Shown: piece by piece, positions 12,099-24,722 of the stretch
Numbering within the stretch: position 1 is the first letter of the stretch
Layout: each line of letters begins with the position of its first letter
Assembly (NCBI RefSeq): GCF_009914755.1
Contig: NC_060929.1
Reading direction: 5' to 3' (one strand)
DNA: 64,000 bases
Source: the human T2T-CHM13v2.0 reference genome, Homo sapiens
The notes under the pieces: model-generated
The model's database searches: none
What the model saw: the letters and a program-made list of their open reading frames with translations, nothing else
Told to the model about the DNA's origin: nothing
Program-made: the position numbers and the translations under genes

Positions 12099-14828
12099 CA
12101 AGTGGAGCATCTCTAATCCAAAAATTCAAAATAAAAAATGTTCCAAAATTCAAAATTTTTTGAGGGCCACCATGGTGCCACAAGTGGACAATTCCACACG
12201 TGACATCATGCAATGGGTTGCAGTCAAAACACAGGTGTACAACAGTTTATTCAGTATCCCTACGGGAAAAAAGACTTTCCCAGCCCCCTTCAGCTGTGAT
12301 ATATCTTTTCCACACACATCCAGATTTCCCTACTTAAAAATGCCCACAAATGATACTAAAATGGCACGTGTGCAGGCCAGAGACATCAACAGCAGGCTCC
12401 CCACCATGCACCATGTAGATTCAAGACCTATGTGCATTATTTACTATAATTTTTGTTGCTTATTCTCTGCTCTATGGTGTAAATGTATTGTTGAAAATGT
12501 CAAAAAGGCCTGAAGATACTCCTGTGGGTAACAGTGGAAAAAGAGGAAACATTTATGTTTATTTGAAGCACAGAAAATCAAGCTGTTGGTAAAACTAGAC
12601 AGCAGCATTAGCGGAAAGGTCTTACAGATGAGTGTGATGTTGGAATGACCACCATATGTATCCTTCTGAGGAAACAGAAAAATCACCATATGTATCCTTC
12701 TGAGGAAACAGAAAAATAAACTGTTGAAGTTCTTTGCTGAAAGCAATGAAGAAAAGTTAATGTAAAGAAGAAAAACACTGCTAATCAAGCTACAGATGAA
12801 AAACTCCATCTTGTATTAAAAGAATGGATGCCTCAGGATTTCACCCAACACATGCCCCTAATGGAATGCTGATCATGAAAAGTAAATATTCATCATGATG
12901 AACTGGAAATTGAAGGGAACTGTGAATATTCAACAGGCTGGTTGCAGAAATTTAAGAAAAGACACAGCATAAAATAATTGAAGACTTGTGCTAATAAAAC
13001 ATCTGCTGATCACAAAGAGGTGGAGAAATTCGTTGAGGAGTTTGCCAAGGTCGAAATCTGATGCCAGAACAAATCTATAATGCCGAGGAAACATCATTGC
13101 TTTGGTGTTACTGTCCCCAGAAGGATACTGACTATAGTTGATGAGGGAGCTCCTGCAGGGATTAAAAATGCCAAGGACAGAATAACTACGCTAGGATGTG
13201 CCAACACAGCAGGCATGCATAAGTGTAAACTTGCTGTGATAGGCAAAAGCTTGTGGCCTCATTGTTTTCAATAAGTGACTATCTTACCAGTTCATTATGA
13301 TGTAATAAAAAGGCATGGATCACCAGGGACATCTTTTCTGATTGGTTTTACAAATATTTTGTACCAGTGGCTCATGCTCACTGCAGAGAAGCTGGACTGG
13401 ATAATGACTGCAAGATTTTCTTATTCCTTGACAACTGTTCTGCTAATCTTTCAGGTGAAATTTTCATCAAAAATAATATCTATGCCATGTACTTTCCCCA
13501 TATTGACTTAATCAATTTAGCCATGTGACCAGGGTATCCTTAGATCAAAGAAGAGTAAATATAAAAACGCTTTCTTGAGTAGCACGCTAGCAGCAGTGAA
13601 TAGAGGCACAGGTGTGGAAGATTTTTAAAAGGAGTTTAGCATGAAGGCTGCTGATATGCTGTCACCAACACCTGGAACACAGTGACTAAAGACACAGTTG
13701 TGCATGCCTGACACAACCTCTGTCCTGTAACTATGTTCAGTGATGATGATAAACAAGGTGGTGACTTTGAATGACTCATATGTCAAGTAGAAAAAAAATG
13801 ACGTCTTACCTTACATATGCAAAACATACACCTTCAGAGTCTGTCAGTAAACTGAAAGAAGTGGATAGTATAGAAGTTTTTAACATTGATAATGAAGCCC
13901 TGTTGTTTATTTATTGACCAGTGGTGAAATGGCAGAAATTGTTCTGAATTAAGGTGATTGTGATAACAGTGACGATGAAGATGACGTTGTTAACACTGCA
14001 GGAAAAGTACCTAAAGATGGCATGGTGAACATGTTTGATGGGCTTATTGAAGAACTAGAGAAGAGTGCATTCTTAAAATACCAAGCAATCATGTCAGCGT
14101 ACAAAATCAGAGACTTTTGAGACAAAAACAGTTGTTAATGAGGCTGAGATGACTCTGGAGGAAACATTTAAACAGCCACCCAGCAGAATGCCTCCTCATC
14201 CCTAGAGGACTCACTTCCTGGCCCCTCAAATGCTTCGAATGTTTTTTCCCACCGAAAAAAATAAATTCAGTGTGCAGGAACCTTTTAATCAAAACACAGC
14301 AATGTAGGTGGAGACTGGAAGCTTGCATTGTTTGTCGTTGAGGTTGTTTAACAGCTGATACACGTGTTCTGGGCATGCTACTGTGCTGCTTAGTTACCAT
14401 GAACACATTTTTTCACTGTGTTAAAGGTATGCCATATTTTTTACTGCTAAGTACTTATGTGTGAGTAAGTGTAAGAAAATGATTGCTTATCAGTAGTAGC
14501 ATATAAATTCAGAGTCAGGAATGATGGAGGTGCCAAACAACAAGATTGTCCCCACGGGTGGCTGAGATAGTGACACCTTTGCTTTCTGATGCTTCAATGT
14601 ACACAAACTTTGTTTCATGCACAAGATGACTTTAAAATATTGTATAAAATTACCTTCAAGCTATGTGAATAAGGTGCATATGAAGCAAATGAATTTTGTG
14701 TTGAGACTTGGCTTACCTCCCAAAAATCTCTCATTTTGCATATGCATGTATACCAAAATCTGAAAAAATCCAAAATCTGAAACACTATCTATGGTCCTAA
14801 CCATTTTGGAGATGTAATACTCAGTATG
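12099..14828 (+). mobile_element. Full-length Tigger4 (Zombi) TcMar-Tigger DNA transposon
   Basis: TA on both sides (12097-98, 14829-30); degenerate TIRs 'caagtggagcatctctaatcc' and 'atactcagtatg'; subterminal 'ccaaaat' repeats; 2730 bp. Confidence 0.88.
12497..14250 (+). pseudogene. Decayed pogo/Tigger transposase (CENP-B HTH + DDE_1)
   Basis: ATG at 12497 (MSKRPEDTPVGNS); ORF 13080-13274 gives KDRITTLGCANTAGMHKCKLAVIGKS, typical of DDE_1; multiple stops and frameshifts; end approximate. Confidence 0.85.
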
Positions 14829-16341
14829 TAATACAAGAGTTCTTGTTGTTTTAATGTAGAAAATATTTTCTCAGACATCTATGTTCCTAAAATGTTTTGT
14901 GTTTACCTTGAATTTGAGAATTGGGGATGTTTAATTTTGACCCCTTAAAGGTCAGTGTACAGTCTTGGTGTTGCCTTTTCTTTAATGGGAGAAACAAGAA
15001 ATAATCGGTTCAATACTTGAAGCCATTTTTCTTCATTTTTGCAGGGAACACGCAGCATAGTGCATGCTCTCTCTCTTTGCTGGGCTGAAGTGTTTCAAGA
15101 GCCTTTGTGGTGTCCCCTAGGGGCCCTCCCTTGAACTCAGGCGGCCCTGGAATGAATTACTGCTGACGGAGCAAAGAGCGCCCTCAGACAATGGCTCTGC
15201 GGAGTCTCACTGACCTCATTATGAAGCACAGTGTAGACTTATCATCAAAGTTATTATGCTTTGTTTCATGGGGGCTCTATTGCAATGCCTCCTCCAAAGA
15301 TGGCGAGAGAGTAGAGCTATGAAGCATGCACTGCCAATCTCTGTTTCAGATGTTCTCTGCCTTAGGTGGCTAACTGGTGTCATTGTGTCAGGAAAAAGAG
15401 TGACTTAATCAAAGCAGCCCAGTGGGAAAACAGGTCTGAGAAACTAGAACTTGGGATTGCATGGATCTTGCTACCACTGATTTTGTAGGACTCAGCATGA
15501 ACTGCCCTGAGCAGAGGGGGAAAGCTCTGATGTATGTTCATATTAAGGCTAAATCTATAACATAGAAATCCATAATATATAAAATATAATATCCATATAA
15601 ACCAACTCACATTTTATTAACTATACACAATCTCAAATGTCTCCTTTCTCTCCCTCTCTCTTTTTTCCTTCCTCCTTTTTCTTGTGACCTGTCTTACTTT
15701 GCCACGAATGTTTTACTTGTAGCCCCAGAGCACTGAGTTCCTGTCCCGGCAACACTGGAAGAAGCACTGCGGCCGGAGCATGGTCAGGTGGCCGTAGCCC
15801 AGCAGATAAAGTGCACTCAGCTCCACCAGACCTTCTGTCTGATCCATTTGTCCTCTAAGGCCCTCTCAGCAGTGCTGAGTTTCTTTCCATGCTCAGCTTG
15901 CTTCTTTTGACAAGTTGTCGGACTGGTCTTTCCTAACTACCCTGGAAATATCTTCAAGGAAGTGGCCAGGCTTTCCTTTTTAATAAGGCCTTTAGCAGTG
16001 CCCACTATGTAGTAGACACCAGGCATTTAATTTATGCTAGTAGGATGACACTCGCAGTACTGGGAAACAAAAAGTTTTAAATGGTAAACCCTGGTGTACA
16101 AAATTGGCAGCAGCAGGATGGGGAAAGCAGGTGGGTTCTGGGGCTGTCATTGTCACAGAGGAAGAGACTGGGGGAGCCTTCTCTGTCAGGTCTGTGGGGC
16201 TTCCCAGGCCGGGGTGTTAAGGGCTTTAGAGAAAAACTGCAGGATGCTGAGCTCCACCAGCCACAGTCCCAGATTCTGGTTACTAATTTAACAATCCCAG
16301 CAGAAAAGGGACTTCTTGTGCATAATATCCATAAAGCTACC

Positions 16342-16705
16342 TGTATAATTCTGGGTTCTCTAGACAAAGAGAACAAATAAAAGATAGATAGACAGAGAGT
16401 AGACAGACAGACAGATAGTAGACAGATAGGTAGATAGAAGATAGATACATAGATAGAAAAAACAGATAGGTTGATAGAAAAAATACATAGTAGAAGATAG
16501 AAAATAGATGATATAGATGATTGATAGATTAGATAGATAACAGATAGATAAAGATAGATAATAGAAAAAATAGGTAGGTAGATGAAAAAATAGTAGATAG
16601 AATATAGAAGATAGATAATAGGTAGCTAGCTAGATAGAAAGGTAGATAGATGATAGATCAGTAGATAGATGATAGATGAATAGATATGTGGAAGGATGGA
16701 TAGAT

Positions 16706-16756
<51 letters not shown>

Positions 16757-17167
16757 TTATAAGGGGTTGGCTGACATGATTATGGAGGCTGAGAATTCCT
16801 AAGACTTGCCATCAGCAAGCTGGAAACCCAGGAGGGCTGATGGTCTTGTTCCCATGAGAGGCAGGAGGCCCACGACTCAGGAGAGCTGATGATGTCAATT
16901 CCAGTCTGAGTCTGAAGGCAGGAGAAGAGCTGTGCCCCAGCTCAAAGACAGGCTAGCAGAGCAAAATCTCTCTCCTTCAGCCTTTTTTGTTCTATTCAGG
17001 CCTTCAACAAATTGAATGAGGCCCACCCACTTTAGGGAGGACAATCTCTTGATTCAGTCTGCAAATTCACATGTTAATCCCATCCAGAAATACTCCCACA
17101 GACACTCCAGGGTAATGTTTAACCAAATATGTGCACACCCTGTGTCCCAGGAAAATTCGCCATCACA
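16342..17167 (-). mobile_element. MLT2B-like ERVL solo LTR with expanded internal microsatellite
   Basis: 'tgtataattctgggttctctagacaaagagaac' then, after the repeat, 'gatttattataaggggttggctgacatgattatggaggctgag'; ends 'gccatcaca'. Confidence 0.88.
16382..16752. repeat. Degenerate (AGAT)n plus perfect (GA)21
   Basis: About 330 bp GATA-type array, then pure GA 16711-16752. Confidence 0.95.
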
Positions 17168-18721
17168 CCGCCTTTGGAGGAATTCTCATTGGCCCTGCTT
17201 GGCCCCTTTGCCCACTTGGACAGTTTCCTCCTGTCAAGGCAGATGGGTCACAAAGATGGGCCAGCTTGAGTTTCAGTCCTCCCTGTAGCCTCAGGGATCT
17301 GTGGCACACCATCCCTTGGACTGGGCTCCTGAAGTCCCCCCTTCAGATCACAGAGAGTCTCGAATTCCAGAATGAGCCCTGCAAAGTGAACAGTCTTTTC
17401 CAAGCAAAACGGTCTCTTGTGGGTGTTCCTTCCTTACCACCCATCCATGCTCACTTTGGCCCCTGTGCTTTGGCTCACTTTCCCCCTTGCCCAAGGGTGA
17501 CACCCCAGTATACAAATAACACCTGGGATCCAAGGCCCATGCCAGCACTCATCTCTTCCTGGACTCCTTTAGAAGACTCAACTCTGTTTTCAATGATGGA
17601 AGCTATCGAATGACCTTTTATCTGACAACTTGCTTCATCACAGTGGAACATTGCTCTTCAAAACAAACAGAGGTACAATAGTCAATACTCAGGTACAGGG
17701 AAAAAGTAAACAAATCCTAGTACCACAGGTTCCTGGTGCCTAGACTGTACCCATCAACTGAATGGTTGAGTGTTTGCTTTGAGTCTATTTCTTGAGCCCA
17801 AAAACAATATTCATAATCACTTTTGTTTTTAGAAGAATTCAAATCATTTTGTTGAATTAATTTTGCTTTGTCTTTTGGAAATAAGTTTTGTGATGATTCA
17901 TTCTGTTCTTCATTTACTTTTTAAAATCCTTAGAAACTATCCACTGTGCAAGATAAGAACACTGAGAGTCTGACTAAACATCAGAGAAGACAACGCTGCT
18001 GCTTTAATCCTTAAAGTTTTCCATTAAGAAAGGATTGCCTTAAATGGCTTACATATTTAAAAAATTATTTTTTCAAGGTCTACTTTGTATTGAAAGTAAA
18101 GTAAGAAGCTAGGGTCCTGGTCTATAAATTTTAGTTTTACATTTTGATAGCTTCCATCATTGAAAGCAGAGTTGAGTCTTCTATAGGAGGCTGGGAAGAG
18201 ATGAGTGTTGGTGTGGGCCTTGGATCCCAGGTGTGATTTGTATACTGGGATGTCACACCAGGGTTGAAATAAGGAGTAATGTAAGAAAAAAAATGCCTGC
18301 AAGTTCACATTGGATCAGTGGTTCAACCACATGTAAACTAACCCCTTGACTACCTAAAGTGAGGGTTGTCACTGACCATGGATTCAGGGCAATGCCCAGA
18401 TTGACTGCCAATCAATCTGGCAACTCTCCTATACTGAGCAACTCTCCTATACTTTCAAAGAACAAAAGCACCTCTTACCTTAGCTTCTCACACACAGGAG
18501 CCTGTCAGCTTGAGCCAGTCAATTCCACATGGTAACTTCATGCTTTAACATAAAGACAACAAGATTGGATTCAAAGTAGCACTGATTTCTGAACATCTTA
18601 TGTGTGTCACATTTGCTTTTCCTGTAAGCAAAACTCAAATATGCTTCCCTGTTCTTCTGAAGCTCACAATCCAATATGGGCAGATTACAATGTGACTTAA
18701 AAGATGAAGGGCTTATGGGTT

Positions 18722-19178
18722 TGTGGGAGGCTGAAAGATGGCCTCCAAAGATGTTCAGTTCCTAAATCCTAGGACCTGTGAATGTGACCTTAAGTGGTAA
18801 AATGGACTTTGCAGATGTGGTTAAGCATCACAAGACAGGAAGAATATCCTGAACTATCCAGGGAGGCCCAACATGCACTCATGAGTGTCTTTGTAGAAGG
18901 AAGGCAGAGGTAGAGTTGACTATAAAAGAGAAGGCCATGTGACGCAGGGCCAAGAGCCAAGGAATGAGGACAGGCTTCAGACAATGGAGAGGCAAGAGAC
19001 AGATTCTCCTTGGGAGTCTCCAGAAGGAACCAGCCCAACTGACATCTTGACTTTAGCCCTGTAAGACTCATTATGGACTCAATTTATATGCTTCCAGAAC
19101 TGTAAAAGAATACTGTATGTTGTCTTAAGCCTCTAAGTTCGTGGTAATTTGTAATAGTAGCCATAGGAAACTAATACA
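18722..19178 (+). mobile_element. MLT1D-like MaLR solo LTR
   Basis: TG...CA ends; 'ggactttgcagatgtggttaag'; ends 'gccataggaaactaataca'; near-TSD gggtt/gggat. Confidence 0.9.
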
Positions 19179-19254
19179 GGGATTTCACATAAAGTACATC
19201 TGAAAAGGGAAAGGGTCAGAAAATATTACTGAGAAATGAACTTTAGTACGTGTG

Positions 19255-19612
19255 TGTCTTAGTTCATTTTCTATTGCTATAACTGAATACCACAGACTGG
19301 GTAATAGAGGTTTATTTAACTAAAGGCTTTGGAGGCTGGGAAGTCCAAGTGCATGGCACCAGCATCTGGTGAGGGCCTTCCTGCTGTGTTACGACGTGGC
19401 AGGAGGCATCACATGGTGAGACAGAGCAAGTGTGCTAGCTCCAGCCTCTCTTCCTCTCCTTATAAAGCCATTAATCCCATAATAGGGGTCCCAGCCTGAT
19501 GACCTAATGTAATCCTAATTACCTCCCAAAGGCCCCACCTCCAATCAACATATGAATCTGAGGATTAAGTTCCCAACACCTGAAATCTGGGAGGCACATT
19601 CAAACCATAGCA
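19255..19612 (-). mobile_element. MSTC/MSTD-like MaLR solo LTR
   Basis: 'tgtcttagttcattttctattgctataactgaataccacagactgggtaat'...'cacattcaaaccatagca'. Confidence 0.88.
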
Positions 19613-19946
19613 ACTTGGCAAGGTTTTGGTAGTTTGAGAAGTAATTTATGTTTAAAAATCTGTAATTTATGTTTAAAAATCTGTCCCATAATGGGAGAGT
19701 TTGTAGGATCTACACCAGAATGAAGCATTCTTTAAATAATGATGTTTGTTCTTTTATTTTCCAGGGTCAATATTGGGGTGAAAAATTCTATATGTATACT
19801 TATTGAGCTGAACATTTCACCATTGTTCTGTTACTTAGGATTCCTTTCTACCAGCTTACAGAGAGACATTATAATCATCTGGTTATCGATAAAGAAACTA
19901 AAGCTGTGAGGGTGGACACAGAACTTCCCCAAGGTCACCTGGTTTA

Positions 19947-20346
19947 GTAGATGCTGCCAAGTGTCATCCAGATTTCTCTTTGGTATTGACTTCCCCCAGC
20001 CCCTGGGCATACTGCCATAGAGACAGCCCACCATTTTCAGTCCTCTTTGGGAATTGCCTCCTTCCAAGGACAGCCATATCCCACGACTGCTCAATGTCGA
20101 GGGGTAAATGTATGACCCTCTTCCCCCAACTTGGGACAACTTGAAGGACCATCTCATCTTTAGAGTACCCTATAGGGTTTGCCAAGAACATTTTTGGGAC
20201 TGCGTCACCACTCAGCTTCTCCCTCTGCCCAGTCTGGCCTCCTCCCTCTCCCTCCTATTGGTGTCAATTCCAAGACATCCTTATAAATGTCCTACATACA
20301 CATCTCCATCTCAGACTCTACTTCCAGGAGAACTGAACCTGCAACA
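19947..20346 (+). mobile_element. LTR16A-like ERVL solo LTR, adjacent to an antisense MIR fragment
   Basis: 'cttgggacaacttgaaggaccatctca' and 'cagcttctccctctgcccagtctggc'; ends 'ctccatctcagactctacttccaggagaactgaacctgcaaca'. Confidence 0.75.
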
Positions 20347-22039
20347 CGGACAATACATGCTTGTTGCATGAATAATGAAGTTGGGATTCTGTTTCAGCAT
20401 CTATACCCTTTCTGCTTTAAATTATGCTTCCTGATGGAGTGCAATACCTACATTTAGACGATAACATTTATTTTTCCCATGGGAGGTGGTTGTTGGTGAT
20501 TGAGAGCCTGTACTAGAAAAGAAATCTGCAAAACAAAGTTCCCCTAGAATATGGATAACATGCCTTCCAGGTTCACTTCTCTGCTTATGAGTTCTTTTTA
20601 CCGGGAGCCTGGCTATACAGCTTAGATTACAATTATGCAGAGTAAACAGCACATGCTGTCAGAAGAGAAGCACTCACAATTCCAATAACTTCTCTATTTG
20701 CCTGCTGGTGAAGAGATAAGAGAGGCTTTAATAGTTCAGTTACTGATGGCAGCAAATGACCTCAAGAATTATTCATCAGGAGAGAGTGACTTTTTGGAGC
20801 TAACAGTACACTTTTCAAGAGCTGGAAAATGGCTCTAAAGCTATTCACATGTAAAAAAGTGTCACTTTTAATTCTGGGCTTGTTCATTGGCGCGACCTCA
20901 GTGCACTGAAGGATTGGTTTCCTGGGTGTGAAACCTTCAGCTAGTACTCACCAATCATGATCAGTGATTAGCAATTCATTTTAACATTATTTTCCAAAAA
21001 GCTGCAGCCTGTCTTTCTTTTGCTCTACCGAAGATGATTATTTTTGAAAAGACCAGAACTTCATTACACAACTTCCTTCACTTGTAAGACTATCCCATTA
21101 TATAGAGGACAGACACATGATCAAAACATCTCCCTTGGCTTAGCCATAGCATAGAAATATGTGACAATATTTTTAAAGCATGAGAGAGCCTTTATCTTGT
21201 TTTACTAAAATACAAAGATATGCTTTACATTTTGAAATGGAGTTTATGGAACTTTCTACTTATAATACATTCCAATCTAGCAACCCTCAATACCACCTCT
21301 CCAGACTTTTCCCCCAATACCTTTGAAGACACCAGGACACTAATAACAAGATGAAAAGAAAATCTCACACTGAAAATGAAGACAGATGGCCTAATGGGCA
21401 AGTCCTGGCAGACATCACATTGACTTCAAGGCCTCATGTCACTGCAGCCCCTGGCCACACTCTGTGAAACAAAAACTGCCTGGAAAGTCATAGAGAGCCA
21501 TTAACAGCCTCTGCCACCTGCACACACCAAGAGGTCTCGCAGGTCTCACTCTCTGCAGGAGACCAGAGTGGACATTGTGACAGGAAGTAAGGGAGAAGAG
21601 CCCAGAGTGAAGGACAGTAGGTAGGAGCAAGGACAAAAACAGGACATTGTTGAGATGTCAGAAACAGTCTCAGGGAGGTGCCTCCTCTGTGCACAGAGCT
21701 ATAGGAGACCAGCACATACTGGGCAGGTCATGGCCACGCTTCAGCAGCTTTGACCTGCAAATTGTAATATCTCTCATGGAGACAGAAAGCAGAACCAAGT
21801 GCATCCCATTTGGTAATAAATACTAAATGCTACCTGCAGAGTTAGGGGGAGGCCCATGAAAAAGTGCCCCATGAAAGAGCCTCCCTCTAAAAATGGCCCA
21901 CTGCAACATCTGGAGGAATATCTGAAATAACAGTTAACATCCTAAGTTAGAAAGTCAACATACAGCCAGCTGGTTCTGGAGAGCACAGCAGAACAAATTA
22001 AATACAACCAATAATTTTAAAAATATAGCAGAGGTGAAA

Positions 22040-23275
22040 GATAACTAACTCAACATTTTAAATGGGCAATGTATTAGTTCGTTCTCACACTGCTATGAAG
22101 AAATACCCAAGACTGGATAATTTGTAAAGGAAGGAGGTTTAACTGACTCACAGTTCTGCATTGCTGAGGAGGCCTCAGGAAACTTACAATCATGTCAGAA
22201 GGTAAAGGAGAAGCAGGCACCTTCTTCAGAGTGGCAGGACAGAGTGAGTACAAGCAGGGAAAATGCCAGATGCTTATGAAACCATCAGATCTCCTGAGAA
22301 TTCACTCACTATCACAGGAACAGCTTAGGGGAAACCACCCCCATGATCCAATTATCTCCACCTGGTTCCACCATTGACACATGGGGATTATGAGGATTAC
22401 AATTCAAGATGAAATTTCAGGTGCAGACACAGCCAAACCATACCAGGCAATGAGCTTGAGTAGACATTTCTCCAAAGAAGACATACAAATGGACAATAAG
22501 CATATGAAGAGTTTCTTAACACTTTCAGTCACTGGAGAAATTTAAATCAAAACCGCAATGTGATACCATTGCACATTCATTGGATGGCTTATTAAAAAAT
22601 ACAGATAATCACAAGGCCTGACTAGTTTGTGAATTTGGAGCCCTGTGCATTGCTTGTAGGAATATAAAATGGTGTGGCTGCTATGGAAAACACTCTGACA
22701 GCTCCTCAAACTATTAAATATGGAGTTACCATATGACCCAGCAACTTGCTCTTAGGTGTATACCCAAAAGAAATGAAAATTTGTACAGAAATGCTCATCA
22801 CAGTATTATTTATAATAGCCCAAAAAGCAGAAATCATACAAATGTTTCCCCAACTGACGAATGGATAAATATCACATGGTATATTCAAAGAACAAAATAT
22901 TACTTGGCAATATAGATGAATGAAGAACTGACGTGTGCTATAACATGGAAAAACCTTGGAAACATTAGGGCAAATAAAAGGAACAGTCACAAAAGGTCAC
23001 AAATTATATTATTCCATTCATATGAAATGTCTAGAATAGGCAAATCTTTGGAAACAGAAAGTAGTGACTGTCTAAGGGAGAGGTAGGGAGAGGTTTTTGA
23101 TGGGAGGAATAAGGAATGATACTAATGGGTATGGGATTTATTTCTGGGGTTGTAACAATGCACTGGAATTAGATTGCTGCGATGGTTGGATAACTCTGTT
23201 AACGTGCTTAGAACCAGTAAATGTCATACTTTCAATGGATGAATTGAATTGTATGGTAGTGGATTATATCTCAAC
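22040..23275 (+). mobile_element. L1MB-type LINE 3' portion, interrupted by a THE1 LTR
   Basis: 'aatgggcaa|...agacatttctccaaagaagacatacaaatgg' ORF2 C-terminal DNA through L1MB 3' UTR to 'ttatatctcaa'. Confidence 0.88.
22070..22445 (-). mobile_element. THE1C/D MaLR solo LTR
   Basis: 376 bp, TG...CA, perfect 5-bp TSD GGCAA (22065-69, 22446-50). Confidence 0.93.
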
Positions 23276-23281
23276 ATCCTG

Positions 23282-23295
23282 GAGACAGAGAGAGT

Positions 23296-23328
<33 letters not shown>

Positions 23329-23355
23329 GCAGAGAGTGAGATGGAGAGAGAGAAG
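23282..23355. repeat. (GA)n-rich tract
   Basis: Imperfect GA repeat directly after the L1 3' end. Confidence 0.9.
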
Positions 23356-23866
23356 ATATTCCTGAATTGAAGACAGATCTATGTGTGCATCGTTAGAGGA
23401 GAGCACAGCATTCTAAGGGAAAAGTGAAGAAAGAAAGTATTCATGGCTAGATAGATCCTGTGTTCTTTTTCTGAATTACAAAGATGAAGAAAACGTTGTA
23501 CAAAAATGTTTCAAGGGGACAAACCAGAATGGCCCTTGGGTCTTTGCCTTGCCTCTAAAGACTCTAACATGTAATGAAAGTGTAATGCATATAACATGAC
23601 TGGAGAAGTGGGATTATACAGCAAACATTTTGCATTCTCTTCTTTGAACTAAAATCATGCTGTTGAATATTTTTAAGTCTAAATATATTTATCTATAAAA
23701 GTATAAGGCTTTTTAAAATAAAGGCAACTCCTTTCTTATGACAGCAATTTGGGTACATCAGCAGGGAGTAGAGAGCACAGATAAGCAATAGGAGAGATGC
23801 CATCTCTCAAAGACGGAACCCTGTGGCATTCTAAGGATCCTCCCAGTGCAGGGTGCCCAATACCAC

Positions 23867-24038
23867 CTGGAATATGCTGCACAGTGTGTGAGGCCCAGCA
23901 TCCAAAATGAAAATGCAGGCCCCCTAGTTCAAAAGTAATAAAGATGGCCATAGCAGGGCATTAAATCAAGCTTGGTGCCCTTCTAAGTTCAGTGCCCTGT
24001 GGACTGCACAGTTCTCATGCCTGGGAACTCATGCCCTG
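23867..24038 (-). mobile_element. MER45A hAT-Tip100 MITE
   Basis: 'ggcccagc...aaaatgaaaatgcaggcccc...gcattaaatcaagc...gactgcacag...gccctg' is reverse MER45A. Confidence 0.8.
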
Positions 24039-24399
24039 CACCTAATGAACAGTTAATAAGTGTTTGCTTAAATGGATTAATAATGGATACATTCTAAGAA
24101 AACTTAATTCACTTGTCTTGTATTCCTAGTCAAGTCAAAAGTTAACAATCCCTAAAATAAAAGGATGTTCCACCTTACTACTTTCTTCCTCTTTTAAAAT
24201 GAAGCAAAACACATCTTTAAGTAGAGTGAGTGGCAGTTTAAATTTATCCTCATCCAATGCCTTTCCTGAATATGCTTGTATCAGGACTTTGACACACACA
24301 GGACCTGCAGACCTAACACTTGCTGATGATCGGCCCACATTGCCACAGTGAGTGCCTGGTCACGTGCATGGCATCCTTTAGGCAGACACCAACTCCTCA

Positions 24400-24722
24400 T
24401 TGTCCCAAATAGCAGAGTTTCCTTCCTTTTCATGGCTGCATAATATTCCCTTGCATGTGTGTGTGTATATGTGTGTGTATAATATATTTACCGTATTTTC
24501 AGTATCCATTATCTGTGGATGGACACCATTTCTTTATCTCATTTACTGTGAATACCACTTTACTGTTTACTTGAAATTTGGTAAGACAGCAGATTTTATG
24601 TGTCCTCATCATCACACACATAGGAAGAGTGCATACAAATCATCGCATTGTACACCCTGAATATATACAATTTTCATCAATTAGATATCTTACAATAAAA
24701 AGTTTAATAATTAAATAAAAAA
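24400..24722. mobile_element. L1MA-type fragment: inverted piece plus sense 3' end
   Basis: 24400-24555 is antisense L1 3' region; 24555-24722 is sense 3' end ('cttgaaatttggtaagacagcagat...ttgtacaccctgaatatatacaatttt...aataaa') with A tail. Confidence 0.75.

Noticed and set aside
12497-14250. Domesticated TIGD/JRK-like gene
   Set aside because: Multiple stops and frameshifts, a 34-bp duplication, and retained TIRs indicate a neutral fossil
17131-17613. 160-aa ORF
   Set aside because: Non-ATG start at an LTR edge, no recognisable domain or splice context
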